A stretch of DNA of 64,000 nt, taken from an uncultured virus (IMG/VR IMGVR_UViG_2540341247_000004). Taxonomy: Duplodnaviria; Heunggongvirae; Uroviricota; Caudoviricetes. The stretch's first letter is position 1. Each line of letters starts with the position of its first letter. Location: IMG/VR virus record IMGVR_UViG_2540341247_000004; one strand, given 5' to 3'. Positions 30,229-39,481 of the stretch are shown here, in pieces. The position numbers and the translations under genes were made by a program. The notes under the pieces are model-generated. The model did not search any database, was not told where the DNA came from, and was given only the letters and a program-made list of their open reading frames with translations.

Positions 30229-30495
30229 TCAGTGGTCCAGCGCGCCCATGGACAAGGCGGCGCGATACATTTCCAGAACGGCTTCTTCTTCGGCCACATC
30301 ATCAGCTGAACGCTTCCGTTCCGCGATGACCTTTCGCATGACCTTGACGTCGTAGCCTCGGGCCTTGGCTTCCGCGAAGACTTCCTTGATGTCCTCCTGG
30401 ATGTCCTTCTTGTCGAATTCGAGTCGTTCCGCCCGTTCGATGAATTGACGGAGCTCATCAGCTGCGACGCCGTAGTTGTGATCTTTGTCGGCCAT
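30229..30495 (-). CDS. gapR: GapR/DUF2312 nucleoid-associated protein
   Basis: AADELRQFIER.ERLE.DKK.I.EDIKEVFAEAKARGYDVK.MRKVI..RK....D..EEEA.LE.Y..AL. Confidence 0.93.
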   Translation of the reverse strand: MADKDHNYGVAADELRQFIERAERLEFDKKDIQEDIKEVFAEAKARGYDVKVMRKVIAERKRSADDVAEEEAVLEMYRAALSMGALDH

Positions 30496-30558
30496 GGCGG
30501 CGTGTCGTCCTCTTTTATATGTGGTTGTCACATTAAACGTGAAAATGTGCGCGGTCAA

Positions 30559-30939
30559 TCACGAAACAGGTGAAACGATGCGGTTCGGTGCATCCACGGT
30601 TTCGCTTTCCGACACTTCCGTGAGGATTTCTTGAAGGATCGTCAAACCGCGTGGCTTTCGGATGCGGTAGCGAACGACCTTTCCAGCGTAGAACAAACCA
30701 CCTTTATATGGCCCGGACGTGTAGATGTGTGGCATCCCGAACAATGAGTGATACCACATGGGATTCTCTGCGTCCGAGGGTTTCACGACAAGTTCCTGGA
30801 CGCGAATTTCTCCCGGCCCGCCGCCCCACTCGTCAGCGCATGCCAACACGAATTCGACACAGATGAACTTTCCAACAATTCCCGATGGGAATTCGAGTCC
30901 GTCGTGTTGAATCCAATCGCCCCATTCTTCGCCTGACAT
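30559..30939 (-). CDS. Hypothetical protein
   Basis: EWGDWIQHDG ... RYRIRKPRGLTIL pattern recalled from Rhodobacterales phages; RBS present. Confidence 0.7.
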   Translation of the reverse strand: MSGEEWGDWIQHDGLEFPSGIVGKFICVEFVLACADEWGGGPGEIRVQELVVKPSDAENPMWYHSLFGMPHIYTSGPYKGGLFYAGKVVRYRIRKPRGLTILQEILTEVSESETVDAPNRIVSPVS

Positions 30940-30951
30940 TTCAACTTCCCT

Positions 30952-31800
30952 CTACTTCTGGGTGAACGGGGGCAAGGAATCTGGATGACGCTCAAACAGA
31001 TCATCGACCGCGCGCTGCATGTCCGTGCGAAATTGATCGAGTTCCGCACGAGGCGGCCGGTCGTCGGTCAGCATGTTCTGGATCATGGCGTCGCGCAGGA
31101 CGACCAATGATGCGATGGCCTTGGTGACATGGGACAGGCCGGATTCCTTGTCCACGTCTTCGCCTTCCCACCACTGGGCGATATGGCCTATGGCTGCGTC
31201 GACGTAGACTGACGCCCGAACCCCGGCCACGCGGTAGTTGTGGCGTCCGTATTTCCTCGCCCCTTCCATCATGGCGACACCGATTTCAGCAACGACGGTC
31301 ATGGGAACTGTGACGAACTGACGCCACTTGCGGACACCGACCGCATCCTTCGGATTCGTGTCTTTGCGGTTGGCGTCTCTGACGTAAGCCGGGTCATCGT
31401 TGTGGCGAATATGGTGCCGCGCATTTTCAACCATTTCGCGCATCAGCTCCGAGTCTGACCCAGGCAGCGCCGGGATGCAGATATGAGGGGTGCCGTGATG
31501 ATCGCAACCTTCATCCTCGCACAACCCCGCTTGTGACGGGTTGAAATCTCTTGCTCTGACGTCAGAGCGAAGCCACTCCGAGGGGGTATAAACCTTCACG
31601 TCGTTTTCCAGAACGAAAACCGCCGCCTTGTTCGGTAGTCCCGAAACCCCGCCAATGGCGACGATCACCTTGAGGTTTTCGTCTAGTGTGTCGGTAAGGC
31701 GGAAGCCCCGTGAGATTGCACTGGTTGCAATTACTTCCTTGATACTTGGGTTCATGCTTCCGGCCCGAATAGACAGACCGGGTTTGTTCGAAGTGTTCAT
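30952..31800 (-). CDS. dATP/dGTP diphosphohydrolase domain protein (DUF5664-like)
   Basis: TNPKDAVG..K, GARKYGRHNYR, S.Y.DAA..H...WWEGED.D.ESGLSH, DDRP. Confidence 0.85.
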   Translation of the reverse strand: MNTSNKPGLSIRAGSMNPSIKEVIATSAISRGFRLTDTLDENLKVIVAIGGVSGLPNKAAVFVLENDVKVYTPSEWLRSDVRARDFNPSQAGLCEDEGCDHHGTPHICIPALPGSDSELMREMVENARHHIRHNDDPAYVRDANRKDTNPKDAVGVRKWRQFVTVPMTVVAEIGVAMMEGARKYGRHNYRVAGVRASVYVDAAIGHIAQWWEGEDVDKESGLSHVTKAIASLVVLRDAMIQNMLTDDRPPRAELDQFRTDMQRAVDDLFERHPDSLPPFTQK

Positions 31801-31818
31801 TGGCTTTCCCTTCTGGAT

Positions 31819-32151
31819 TTATTTGGGGCCACGGTTGTAGCGGCGCACCATTTCGTGGGCGATTTCCTTCTGCACATCGTCCGCAATGACGGTTTGCCAT
31901 TCGTCGCAGAAGATATTCACGGTGCCCCTGGTCTGCTGACCGTCACCCCATCCGGCCGCCCGCAGGCGTTCGGGATATTCGACAATCGGTTGGCTTTGCT
32001 TCTTGAAGTGGGACCGGAAATCGAGGCCCACCTTTTCAAGAAAAAGGTCGATCGCCCCATTGGTCGCGCGCAGGGCGTAGACACCTGCCGCCCATCCGAA
32101 ACCGAGCATGAACGCCAGCCACATCAATTCGTATAGGTCAAGGTTTTCCAT
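31819..32151 (-). CDS. Hypothetical membrane protein
   Basis: N-terminal TM segment; fits operon. Confidence 0.6.
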   Translation of the reverse strand: MENLDLYELMWLAFMLGFGWAAGVYALRATNGAIDLFLEKVGLDFRSHFKKQSQPIVEYPERLRAAGWGDGQQTRGTVNIFCDEWQTVIADDVQKEIAHEMVRRYNRGPK

Positions 32152-32152
32152 C

Positions 32153-32821
32153 TTAATAAGCCTTCCCGCCCGCCTTGGCGCGATTTTCAGGGCGGTGATC
32201 TGGACGGATCGCGTTGAACCGCATCTTGGCGATGATCGCGCCAGCCAAGTCGTAACCCCGGTGTCCGGACGTGTCGGCACAGCGAACGAACAGATCGCCA
32301 AATTCGACCTCGGGGCCGGGACGATCCGGCAGCTTGTCGTCCTGCGTTCCCTTGCGGTGATGTTCCAGTGCCTCGGACAGTTCCGAGTGCATCAAGGCCA
32401 CCACTTCGCCAAAGTTGCGTTCGATGGGTTCACCCGTGGCCGGGTCGAAATACCACTTCTGGGCATTGCGATGGGCAAGGCTGCATAGGGCTTTCACGCC
32501 GTCATAGATCGTGCGTTCCTCATCGGTCATGTTGGGCGGTTCATCGCCCGCGCACAGATACCAACGGCTTGCGTCTTCCATGGCGTCGGTGAAACTGACC
32601 ACGCGCGCCGCATAGCCGAAGTGTGTTTCGCTGAGGTCCTTATTCGTCAGTAGCAACGCGGGCACTTCGAACCCGTTCAAGACTGCGCGAAGATCGTCCA
32701 TCGACATTCCGTCGGCTTCGAAGACGACCATGCAGTCATAGTGCGCGGCAAGGATATGGGCGTTGGTCGTCTTGCCGCACCCTTGGGGGCCATAGACGAT
32801 TGTATGGAGGGGGAGGTTCAA
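32153..32821 (-). CDS. P-loop domain fused to MazG-like NTP pyrophosphohydrolase
   Basis: GPQGCGKTT; ALMHSELSEALE..RK...DDKLP....EVEFGD; TTG overlaps upstream TGA. Confidence 0.75.
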   Translation of the reverse strand: MNLPLHTIVYGPQGCGKTTNAHILAAHYDCMVVFEADGMSMDDLRAVLNGFEVPALLLTNKDLSETHFGYAARVVSFTDAMEDASRWYLCAGDEPPNMTDEERTIYDGVKALCSLAHRNAQKWYFDPATGEPIERNFGEVVALMHSELSEALEHHRKGTQDDKLPDRPGPEVEFGDLFVRCADTSGHRGYDLAGAIIAKMRFNAIRPDHRPENRAKAGGKAY

Positions 32822-33126
32822 AGCTGATCCCCCTTCGCTGGATTGAGGAATTCCGTGAGAACCTGGAAAGATTCGCCATAGGCACGAATACATGTGACGC
32901 CGTTCGCGTTCGTCGTGGTCACGGTGAATGTCCCGGTCTCGGACGAGACGAAAACTTCCAGTGCGAAACCGTCGCTGGTAAGCCCGTATCCAAGTCGGAT
33001 CTCCCCATAGCGTTCTTCGAGCATCACAATGACCGATGACCGTTCGGCGCATTGCGGGGTGCTTGGTTGTGACATGGCGGCCGTCGATATCGCCGCAAGT
33101 GCGGCAGAAATGATAAGAGTCTTCAT
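32818..33126 (-). CDS. Small exported protein
   Basis: Signal peptide; CAER......L..RYGE....GL....C pattern. Confidence 0.7.
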   Translation of the reverse strand: MKTLIISAALAAISTAAMSQPSTPQCAERSSVIVMLEERYGEIRLGYGLTSDGFALEVFVSSETGTFTVTTTNANGVTCIRAYGESFQVLTEFLNPAKGDQL

Positions 33127-33719
33127 TGTGGTTTCCTTTCATCCACGAACTGCTTGAAATGGTTGAGAATGTCGTCGCGCGCCTCTGCATCCGGTTGAAG
33201 GAGGTAATAGAAACCGTTCGGCAAATTCACGGCATGACGGGAAGCGTGATAGTCGTTGATCTGACGCAGCTGGCGACTTGCCACGCCGAGACATCGCGCC
33301 ACGTTCCAGGTCGCCCAGGCATGGGGAGGTCCACCTGCAACACAGAGTCGCTTCACGTTCTGAGAAGTTGCGAAAACCTTGTGGACCTTGGTCTTGCGGT
33401 CCCCCAACATGCGCCAGTCGGTGGCGATCAGGTAGTCACCCTGCTGGAAGGGATAGAGTTTGTGGGCACCGTGCAGGGTCACAATCGACCGCTTCGGGGC
33501 AAGGTGCTTCGGCTTTTTCAGATCGACCCATTCGTAGCCGATTTTGCGAAGCATTTCTCCTTCCACTCGGGTTCGGACAACCGCGATCACGCGGACTCCT
33601 GGGTCGAAGTCCATGGCCTCCTTGCGGGTGCCCTCACCCGGCCTGCAAAGAATGAAGGGCCTCGTCAGGTTGGGCTTTACGCCGAAATCCCATTCGTCAA
33701 TCTGATCGCGGGTGAGCAT
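33123..33719 (-). CDS. Hypothetical protein
   Basis: 198-aa coupled ORF. Confidence 0.65.
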   Translation of the reverse strand: MLTRDQIDEWDFGVKPNLTRPFILCRPGEGTRKEAMDFDPGVRVIAVVRTRVEGEMLRKIGYEWVDLKKPKHLAPKRSIVTLHGAHKLYPFQQGDYLIATDWRMLGDRKTKVHKVFATSQNVKRLCVAGGPPHAWATWNVARCLGVASRQLRQINDYHASRHAVNLPNGFYYLLQPDAEARDDILNHFKQFVDERKPQ

Positions 33720-33722
33720 GAC

Positions 33723-34097
33723 CTATTTCCCCGCGTCTTCGACTGAGATCAGCGTAAAGCGACCGTCATCGAACCGATCTGCGCATTGGGCAAATTTCTT
33801 CCCGGCTGCGTTTTCGTAATCGACCAGTGTGTAGGCGGCGTCGTTGGTGACTTCGAGGCGGTCGCGCCCCGTCACCCGGTAAAGCCCGCCGCTGGCAACG
33901 TGCATATGCGTCGGCACGAAATCCGAGTTGAAGATCACAAACAACTGGTCGAGCGTCATATTGCGATATTCGAACGGCACCTTGCGCTCATTGCGAATTC
34001 GCATCTTGGCACCATCGGCCTTTTTCGCCTCGGGACGGTCTGCCGTGAGTATCGGAGACCAGCGCCCCATCGGATTGATCTGTTCGCTATACCACAC
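33723..34097 (-). CDS. Hypothetical protein (C-terminus DUF1653-like)
   Basis: H..SGGLYRV ... V.Y.....F.....F.DGRF. Confidence 0.6.
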   Translation of the reverse strand: MWYSEQINPMGRWSPILTADRPEAKKADGAKMRIRNERKVPFEYRNMTLDQLFVIFNSDFVPTHMHVASGGLYRVTGRDRLEVTNDAAYTLVDYENAAGKKFAQCADRFDDGRFTLISVEDAGK

Positions 34098-34305
34098 GGT
34101 ATTTTCTCCTGGTTCTCAGCCTCTTGGGCTTGTGTTTCTGCCCGACGTGCCAATGACCGCAGGCTTTGCATTGGTAGGCGCTGACGCCCGTGTATTTGCT
34201 CTTGCGCGCGATCATGGTGGCGGTGGGCCGATCCATGGCTTCCTTCCCGTAGCAGGAGGCAAGACGGTATGTTTCCGGGTCGTTTTCATAACTCCTGTCG
34301 GCCAT
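34087..34305 (-). CDS. Small zinc-finger protein
   Basis: C.GK ... AYQCKACGHWHVG. Confidence 0.7.
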   Translation of the reverse strand: MADRSYENDPETYRLASCYGKEAMDRPTATMIARKSKYTGVSAYQCKACGHWHVGQKHKPKRLRTRRKYRVV

Positions 34306-34312
34306 CAGCCCC

Positions 34313-34969
34313 TCACACTTTCACGCTTTCCGTGACATCCAGGACATGCGAAATCACGCCCATAAGGGAGTGTTCCCAGCGAATTTCTCTCGGGTGAGAA
34401 TCCACCTGGTCGCGATTGTGCGGGTGATGGATCATGTAGGTCTCGAAACCCAACTTCCATCCGATGGTTGCGTTGTGAAAGTGGTCCTCGACCCAGACAC
34501 ACCTTTCGTCAGGGCGAATGGCTTGGATTTCAGCAAGCGCGGAAGCCTTCTTTCCGCCGAGTGACAGGCAGATGATGCTGTCGAAAACATCCCCGAAGAC
34601 CGCGCGCAGGTTGCGGCGACGCATTCCATGGGTCTTGGGTTTGTCCCCGCAGCTGGTCACAACGGAAATGCGGGCACGGCCCTTTTTCATTTCGTTCACA
34701 GCCCAGATCGCGTTGAAGCAGGGCCACAGTGAACCGAACCAGCTCGACTCGTTGAACTCGTTCACCCAGTCCATGACTTGGGCGTGATCCTTCGCCCCGG
34801 TCCAGGTCACCATGTCATAACTGCATGGACCCTTGGTATCGACCGGCAGACCTTTCATCACACCTAGCCAAGAGGCAAACCCACCCGCCCAGTTCAAAAG
34901 AACGCCGTCGCAGTCCAGAACGAAATGCACACCTTCGAGGTTGATTTTCGGGGGCTTCGTGTCACGCAT
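34313..34969 (-). CDS. HAD-family 5'(3')-deoxyribonucleotidase-like protein
   Basis: LDCDGVL, VVTS, K, WVED motifs. Confidence 0.8.
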   Translation of the reverse strand: MRDTKPPKINLEGVHFVLDCDGVLLNWAGGFASWLGVMKGLPVDTKGPCSYDMVTWTGAKDHAQVMDWVNEFNESSWFGSLWPCFNAIWAVNEMKKGRARISVVTSCGDKPKTHGMRRRNLRAVFGDVFDSIICLSLGGKKASALAEIQAIRPDERCVWVEDHFHNATIGWKLGFETYMIHHPHNRDQVDSHPREIRWEHSLMGVISHVLDVTESVKV

Positions 34970-35234
34970 GGGACAGTCCTTTCAGCGCATCGATCGCCAG
35001 GCCAGCCGGGATCTCCGTGGTTGTGATGGAATGATCGCAGGCCACGCAGACGCGCTTGCGCCAGGTCAGCCACACGTCGTTGACTGCGATCACCGTTTCT
35101 TCGGCGATGTTCAGCGCCCCAGCGCAGCATGGGCACTGTGCCGTGCCGAACATCCGATCCGCAGTTTGGCTTGGCCGCTGCGACGGGAACGGGATGATGG
35201 CGGCACCCCTTTTCTGAATATCGGCTCCGGTCAT
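34962..35234 (-). CDS. NrdR-N-like zinc ribbon protein
   Basis: CPCC ... RKRVCVAC....TTTEI. Confidence 0.65.
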   Translation of the reverse strand: MTGADIQKRGAAIIPFPSQRPSQTADRMFGTAQCPCCAGALNIAEETVIAVNDVWLTWRKRVCVACDHSITTTEIPAGLAIDALKGLSHA

Positions 35235-35440
35235 TCTTCATCCTCCGAAAAAACGTCCATTGCGATTTCTGTGGGGATCTCTGCGGTCGTGTAGCGGGCA
35301 TCACACATTGGGCATCGCTTGCGCCGGTGCATGATCTGGACGCCGCCTATTTCTCTCGGGCGACTCTCCAAGGTCTGCATCTTCGGGGCTTCCGCACAGA
35401 CCCTGCACCGCACGGAATTCAGATGGGTGTGCTGGATCAT
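35231..35440 (-). CDS. NrdR-N-like zinc ribbon protein
   Basis: CRVC...TLESRP...RRKRCPMCDARYTTAEI. Confidence 0.75.
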   Translation of the reverse strand: MIQHTHLNSVRCRVCAEAPKMQTLESRPREIGGVQIMHRRKRCPMCDARYTTAEIPTEIAMDVFSEDEE

Positions 35441-35649
35441 CGGCTCGCCTCGTAGATAAGAGACGTAACGCGATCAAAGGTTTGATAGATGCTGACCGAG
35501 TGGTTACCCTTGACCCGGTGTTTGTCACCGTTCTGCATGGACACGATGACGCACTCATCCCCCGTTTCGAAGCTACGAGGATTGATGAAGATGGATTCAA
35601 CCTGCGCAGGGTTCACGCGGCAGGTTGGGCTGATTGTGACCATCTTCAT
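35437..35649 (-). CDS. Hypothetical protein
   Basis: Coupled ORF; VNPAQVESI. Confidence 0.6.
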   Translation of the reverse strand: MKMVTISPTCRVNPAQVESIFINPRSFETGDECVIVSMQNGDKHRVKGNHSVSIYQTFDRVTSLIYEASR

Positions 35650-35930
35650 GCCTTCGCCCCCTGCGTTGTATCGTTCGTCCAAGTCGCTTTCAGGCCCAGT
35701 TCAAAGCCTTCGTTGACGGCTTCTGCGCGGGCCTTTCCGATCAACTCAGCCGCAAGGATCGCTTTGCTGACTGATTTGCCCACCAGTTCAACAGGCACTT
35801 CGGCCAAGTTCCGACCGGTTTCGGCCTCGATCACCTGCCACCAGCCAGTTCCAGCTCGCATCTGGACGATGTAGCCTTGAATTTCTTCGCGGTGCGCAAA
35901 CACACTCGCAGGTTCGTCATCGGGAAGCAT
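35646..35930 (-). CDS. Hypothetical protein, first gene of leftward operon
   Basis: AAGGA RBS; perfect TTTCAC-N7-GTGAAA site directly upstream. Confidence 0.65.
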   Translation of the reverse strand: MLPDDEPASVFAHREEIQGYIVQMRAGTGWWQVIEAETGRNLAEVPVELVGKSVSKAILAAELIGKARAEAVNEGFELGLKATWTNDTTQGAKA

Positions 35931-35941
35931 TTTGTTGTCCT

Positions 35942-35960
35942 TTTCACGTTTGATGTGAAA
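35942..35960. promoter_or_regulatory. Perfect copy of genome-wide palindromic operator TTTCAC-N7-GTGAAA
   Basis: TTTCACgtttgatGTGAAA; second perfect copy at 49954-49972; about 16 more variants. Confidence 0.75.
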
Positions 35961-36001
35961 GTTATGCGGCGATTCTGTTCGCATCGTCAACTTAAAATTG
36001 A

Positions 36002-36066
36002 ATTTCTCCGTGGCCCCTATTTCTCCGTGGCCCCTATTTCTCCGTGGCCCCTATTTCTCCGTGGCC
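36002..36066 (+). repeat. 17-bp tandem repeat x4 (ATTTCTCCGTGGCCCCT)
   Basis: Read directly from the sequence. Confidence 0.95.
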
Positions 36067-36069
36067 GGC

Positions 36070-36275
36070 GCAGGATCGACCAGGTGGCGCAGCTGGTGGC
36101 AGGATCGACCAGGTGGCGCAGGGCGGCGCAGCTGGTGGCAGGATCGACCAGGCGGCGCAGGGCGGCGCAGCTGGTGGCAGGATCGACCAGGCGGCGCAGG
36201 GCGGCGCAGCTGGTGGCAGGATCGACCAGGTGGCGCAGGGCGGCGCAGCTGGTGGCAGGATCGACCAGGCGGCGG
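36070..36275 (+). repeat. Array A: 39-bp tandem repeat with 5 GCTGGTGG on + strand
   Basis: GCAGGATCGACCAGGYGGCGCAGGGCGGCGCAGCTGGTG units; octamers at 36092, 36131, 36170, 36209, 36248. Confidence 0.95.
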
Positions 36276-36281
36276 CGCTGG

Positions 36282-36338
36282 ATAGTCAACGCTTGACTAT
36301 GTGTAATATTTCACTCTTCATGTGCATATCACGAATCG
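36282..36338 (+). promoter_or_regulatory. Early promoter cassette, copy 1
   Basis: ATAGTCA-N5-TGACTAT inverted repeat overlapping TTGACT, then TTTCAC-N7-GTGCAT. Confidence 0.7.
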
Positions 36339-36368
36339 GGCGCTGCCCCTTACCCAAAGGAATCCAAA

Positions 36369-37295
36369 ATGTCCTACCTGATCCAAAACGAAACTTTCCT
36401 GCACCTGGCCCCCGGTGGCGATGCCTACCGCGTCCAGTTTTACGTTGATGACAACCCCATTGAACCTTGGGATAATGACGGCTTTGTGCCTTTGGTCGCC
36501 TACAGTAACGGGCGTTTTGACACAGACCCGGCGCGCGGTTTCGATCTGCTGAATCCGCTGGGCCACATGACCGACTCCCAGGTCAAGGCCAAGCTGCCCG
36601 AGATCGTGGCGGCGCTGGATTGCGCCCGCGACGGCGCGGCACTTGATCGACTGGCGCGGGATGAATTCCCCGATTTGACCTTGCACGAAGCGCGCCGGGA
36701 ATACCTGGCCGAAATTCTGGGCGACGGGTGGGAAACCCAAGACCGACTCGAGGCGCTGGCGACGCTTTGGAACCTGGCCGGGGTGCCGGCCGCCGTCCAC
36801 ACGTCGCGCGGTTACTCGCAAGGCGATTTTGCGGCGCTTCTGGTGGTCGCGCATCCTGACGCCGTTGTGCAATTCGGATTCACCAGGTCGAACGGCAAGC
36901 CGGATTTTCGCAAGTATCTGGCCACCTGCCCCGATGATCTGGAAAACGCCGCGATTGCATGGGGCGCTTGGTGCTGGGGCGGCGTTATCGGTTACACGGT
37001 CGACCGGATCGACCGCCGGGAATTCGAACGCGCCGGCCTGGAACTGGACCCGGCCACGATAAGCCCCGCCGCCCTGAATGCGCTTGTGTGCTGCACTGAG
37101 GTTGACTCCGGCTGGGGTTTCTATCCTGACCACGATTCCGACTATTTCCCACTTGACCGGAATCACGCTTACGCAATCGGGCAGGCTATCGCGGTGGCAA
37201 ACGCCGACTCCGAGGAAATGGCCGCAGGGCGTGCCGTAGTCATGGCGGCGGCTGTCATGGAAGCGCGCCCCGATCTTGCGCCGCAATGGGTCTAA
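36369..37295 (+). CDS. Hypothetical acidic early protein
   Basis: AAGGA RBS; SRGYSQGD and DSGWGFY motifs. Confidence 0.75.
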   Translation: MSYLIQNETFLHLAPGGDAYRVQFYVDDNPIEPWDNDGFVPLVAYSNGRFDTDPARGFDLLNPLGHMTDSQVKAKLPEIVAALDCARDGAALDRLARDEFPDLTLHEARREYLAEILGDGWETQDRLEALATLWNLAGVPAAVHTSRGYSQGDFAALLVVAHPDAVVQFGFTRSNGKPDFRKYLATCPDDLENAAIAWGAWCWGGVIGYTVDRIDRREFERAGLELDPATISPAALNALVCCTEVDSGWGFYPDHDSDYFPLDRNHAYAIGQAIAVANADSEEMAAGRAVVMAAAVMEARPDLAPQWV

Positions 37296-37297
37296 CC

Positions 37298-37498
37298 ATG
37301 GCTGCGGCGCTGGAAGGCTTGCGGCGGGCACGTCTCGCCGCAGGTATCACCCAGGTGCAGGCCGGGGCGCATATTGGTAAGACGCAATCGCATTTCGCCA
37401 AGATCGAACGCGGCGCGGTTGCCCTGCTGGCCCGCGACGCCGTGGCCCTGGCCGGTCTGCTGGGCGTATCCGTGGAGTCCCTGATAGTCACCGCTTGA
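37298..37498 (+). CDS. XRE-family HTH protein
   Basis: LRRARLAAGITQ...GAHIG.TQSHFAKIERG. Confidence 0.85.
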   Translation: MAAALEGLRRARLAAGITQVQAGAHIGKTQSHFAKIERGAVALLARDAVALAGLLGVSVESLIVTA

Positions 37499-37559
37499 CT
37501 ATGTGCAGATTTTCACGCTTACTGTGAATATCACGAATCAAGAAAGGATCGTTTGAATG
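37484..37559 (+). promoter_or_regulatory. Early promoter plus RBS cassette, copy 2
   Basis: 76 bp, 3 mismatches to 40031-40106. Confidence 0.85.
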
Positions 37560-38288
37560 TCTTATGAAGAACAGAAGGCCCGCGAAATCGCAGCCCGCGC
37601 CGAACGCAGCGACGCCCGCAAGGCGCTGGCGGCTGCGTTGTCTGCCGAACTGGAAAAGCTGACCGGGAGTCCCTGGTCCGTGTCGATCCGTCAAGACGAC
37701 GAGTCGGCATATTGCCCCGGCGAATTTCACGCCGCGAAACTCAGGGAAGCGAAAACCGGCCTTTGCGTCTGGATGATGAATTCGGCGGGCTGGAATGAAC
37801 AGGAAAAGGCCAACTTTTCGGTCTCTGTCCCCATTGACCCGGTCGACGGCGGTGCGCGCGGTTTCGGATCGTGCCCCGGTGTTCCTTACGGACGCAGCGC
37901 CCCCGAGACCAAGGCGAACACAAGCCGCCCGCCCGCTGCTATTGCAAAACAGATCGTCGCCAAGGTGTTGACCGATGAAACCCGCGCGGCGCTGGCGGCA
38001 CTGGCCGAGCTGGACGCCGAACGCCTGGACGAAAAAAGCGCGGCTGCGCTTTGGCGCGAGTCCGTTTCGGTTGCCTCTGGCATCGGCGCGCACGAGTCCG
38101 AACACAACCGGGGCCGCGTCCACTGGCACAACGGGGGCCGCGACCGCTGGGCAGACATTGAATCCGAGGCCAACCGGGCCGGGGGAAAAATCACCCTTGC
38201 GCTACCCAAGGAACACGACCGCGCCGCGCTTATGGTGGCCGAATTGCGCGCCGTGGCGGCCCGTTACTCGAACCGGGGGCAGGCATGA
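37557..38288 (+). CDS. Hypothetical protein
   Basis: Starts at the end of the promoter/RBS cassette. Confidence 0.75.
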   Translation: MSYEEQKAREIAARAERSDARKALAAALSAELEKLTGSPWSVSIRQDDESAYCPGEFHAAKLREAKTGLCVWMMNSAGWNEQEKANFSVSVPIDPVDGGARGFGSCPGVPYGRSAPETKANTSRPPAAIAKQIVAKVLTDETRAALAALAELDAERLDEKSAAALWRESVSVASGIGAHESEHNRGRVHWHNGGRDRWADIESEANRAGGKITLALPKEHDRAALMVAELRAVAARYSNRGQA

Positions 38289-38542
38289 TGCGGGGCCGCG
38301 ATTACCGCGCAGACCGGGCCGCGCTGGCCCGCCGCGCCCTGAAATTCGAACGGCTGGCGGCGTCCTGCCGTGTGCCATTTGAAGCGGAATGTTTTGCCCA
38401 CATGGCGCGCAAGATCAAAGGTGAGATCATGGACTCGCACATTGCAGAACAGCGCCACATTCACGGGCCGCGCCTTTCGCGTCTTTTGCAGGACGTGGCC
38501 CACCTGGACGAAAACGAAACACTGGGGAATCAGCATGCTTGA
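38285..38542 (+). CDS. Hypothetical protein
   Basis: ATGA-coupled ORF. Confidence 0.6.
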   Translation: MMRGRDYRADRAALARRALKFERLAASCRVPFEAECFAHMARKIKGEIMDSHIAEQRHIHGPRLSRLLQDVAHLDENETLGNQHA

Positions 38543-39215
38543 GCTTTGCAAAGTCACCCGCACCGCAGAAAAAACGCAACTTGAATTCATGGGGGCGCGG
38601 GCCGAAGTCTCGGAATCGTGGGCACACCGCCGCGCGGTCCACCATGACCGCAACCGGGGAACCCGCACCGCGCATCTTGTCGACTTCTGGGCCTATTTCC
38701 TGCCCGGTTGGGAACACTACACCCACCCGACGCGGGAAGGGGCCGAAAAACTGGCGGCGCGTCACCTGGTCCAAGAGATGCGAGCCGAATTGCCCGAAGG
38801 CAACGAGTCCTTGTCGATCCCTGACAGGTGCCAGCTTGCCCGGATCATCGCCCGCCGCGCGGTTATGGTGCAGGCAAACCACGAACCCCGAGTCGGTGAC
38901 TTTGTGCAGATGCCAGACGGGACGCGCGAAAGGCTGGTTTATGGTTGGCCGGTGCAGGAAACCCCGGTCGACGGCGAACCTATGCGCAAGGAATGGCAGA
39001 CCTTTCCGGGCGGATCGTTTCACCTGGTCAAATGGGGTAGCGTTTCGCATTCCGGTTCATGCAATGAAACTCTGCCCGGTTCTGACCGCATGGCCCCCAT
39101 GGGGCAGGCCGTGGGGCGGTTCTGGATATGGCGAGACGGTATCAGCGGCGCGCACCGGGGAGTCGACGTGTTCGCCCCTGCGACGGTCTGGGAATTGATG
39201 GAGTCGGGCGCATGA
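38535..39215 (+). CDS. Hypothetical protein (DUF4121-like C-terminal half)
   Basis: PRVGDFV..PDG...R ... GSFHL....SHSG ... FW.W.DG.SGAHRGV. Confidence 0.6.
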   Translation: MLELCKVTRTAEKTQLEFMGARAEVSESWAHRRAVHHDRNRGTRTAHLVDFWAYFLPGWEHYTHPTREGAEKLAARHLVQEMRAELPEGNESLSIPDRCQLARIIARRAVMVQANHEPRVGDFVQMPDGTRERLVYGWPVQETPVDGEPMRKEWQTFPGGSFHLVKWGSVSHSGSCNETLPGSDRMAPMGQAVGRFWIWRDGISGAHRGVDVFAPATVWELMESGA

Positions 39216-39481
39216 AATACCGAACAAAGGCAAACGCGCACGGCGTCCTTGATCTGCGCGCCAGTGCATACGGGACAATGGGCAAGCGTTGGGAATGGTC
39301 CTTTCCTGCTGGCCTGCTGTGCACCCCTGCGGCCCTTCTGGACGGCACAGGAAAACCAGACGCGGCCGCCGGATATTTCCTGACCGAATATACCGGGCAA
39401 ATTCACCCAATTTTCCACCATGACGCGGAATACCGGGGAATCCTGGTCAATGCGCAAGACGTAGAGGAAACCGAACAATGA
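39212..39481 (+). CDS. Hypothetical protein
   Basis: GGAG RBS, ATGA coupling. Confidence 0.65.
   Translation: MKYRTKANAHGVLDLRASAYGTMGKRWEWSFPAGLLCTPAALLDGTGKPDAAAGYFLTEYTGQIHPIFHHDAEYRGILVNAQDVEETEQ

Noticed and set aside
32822..33190. N-terminal extension of the P-loop/MazG ORF
   Set aside because: It overlaps the exported-protein gene 32818-33126; the coupled TTG at 32821 is more plausible.
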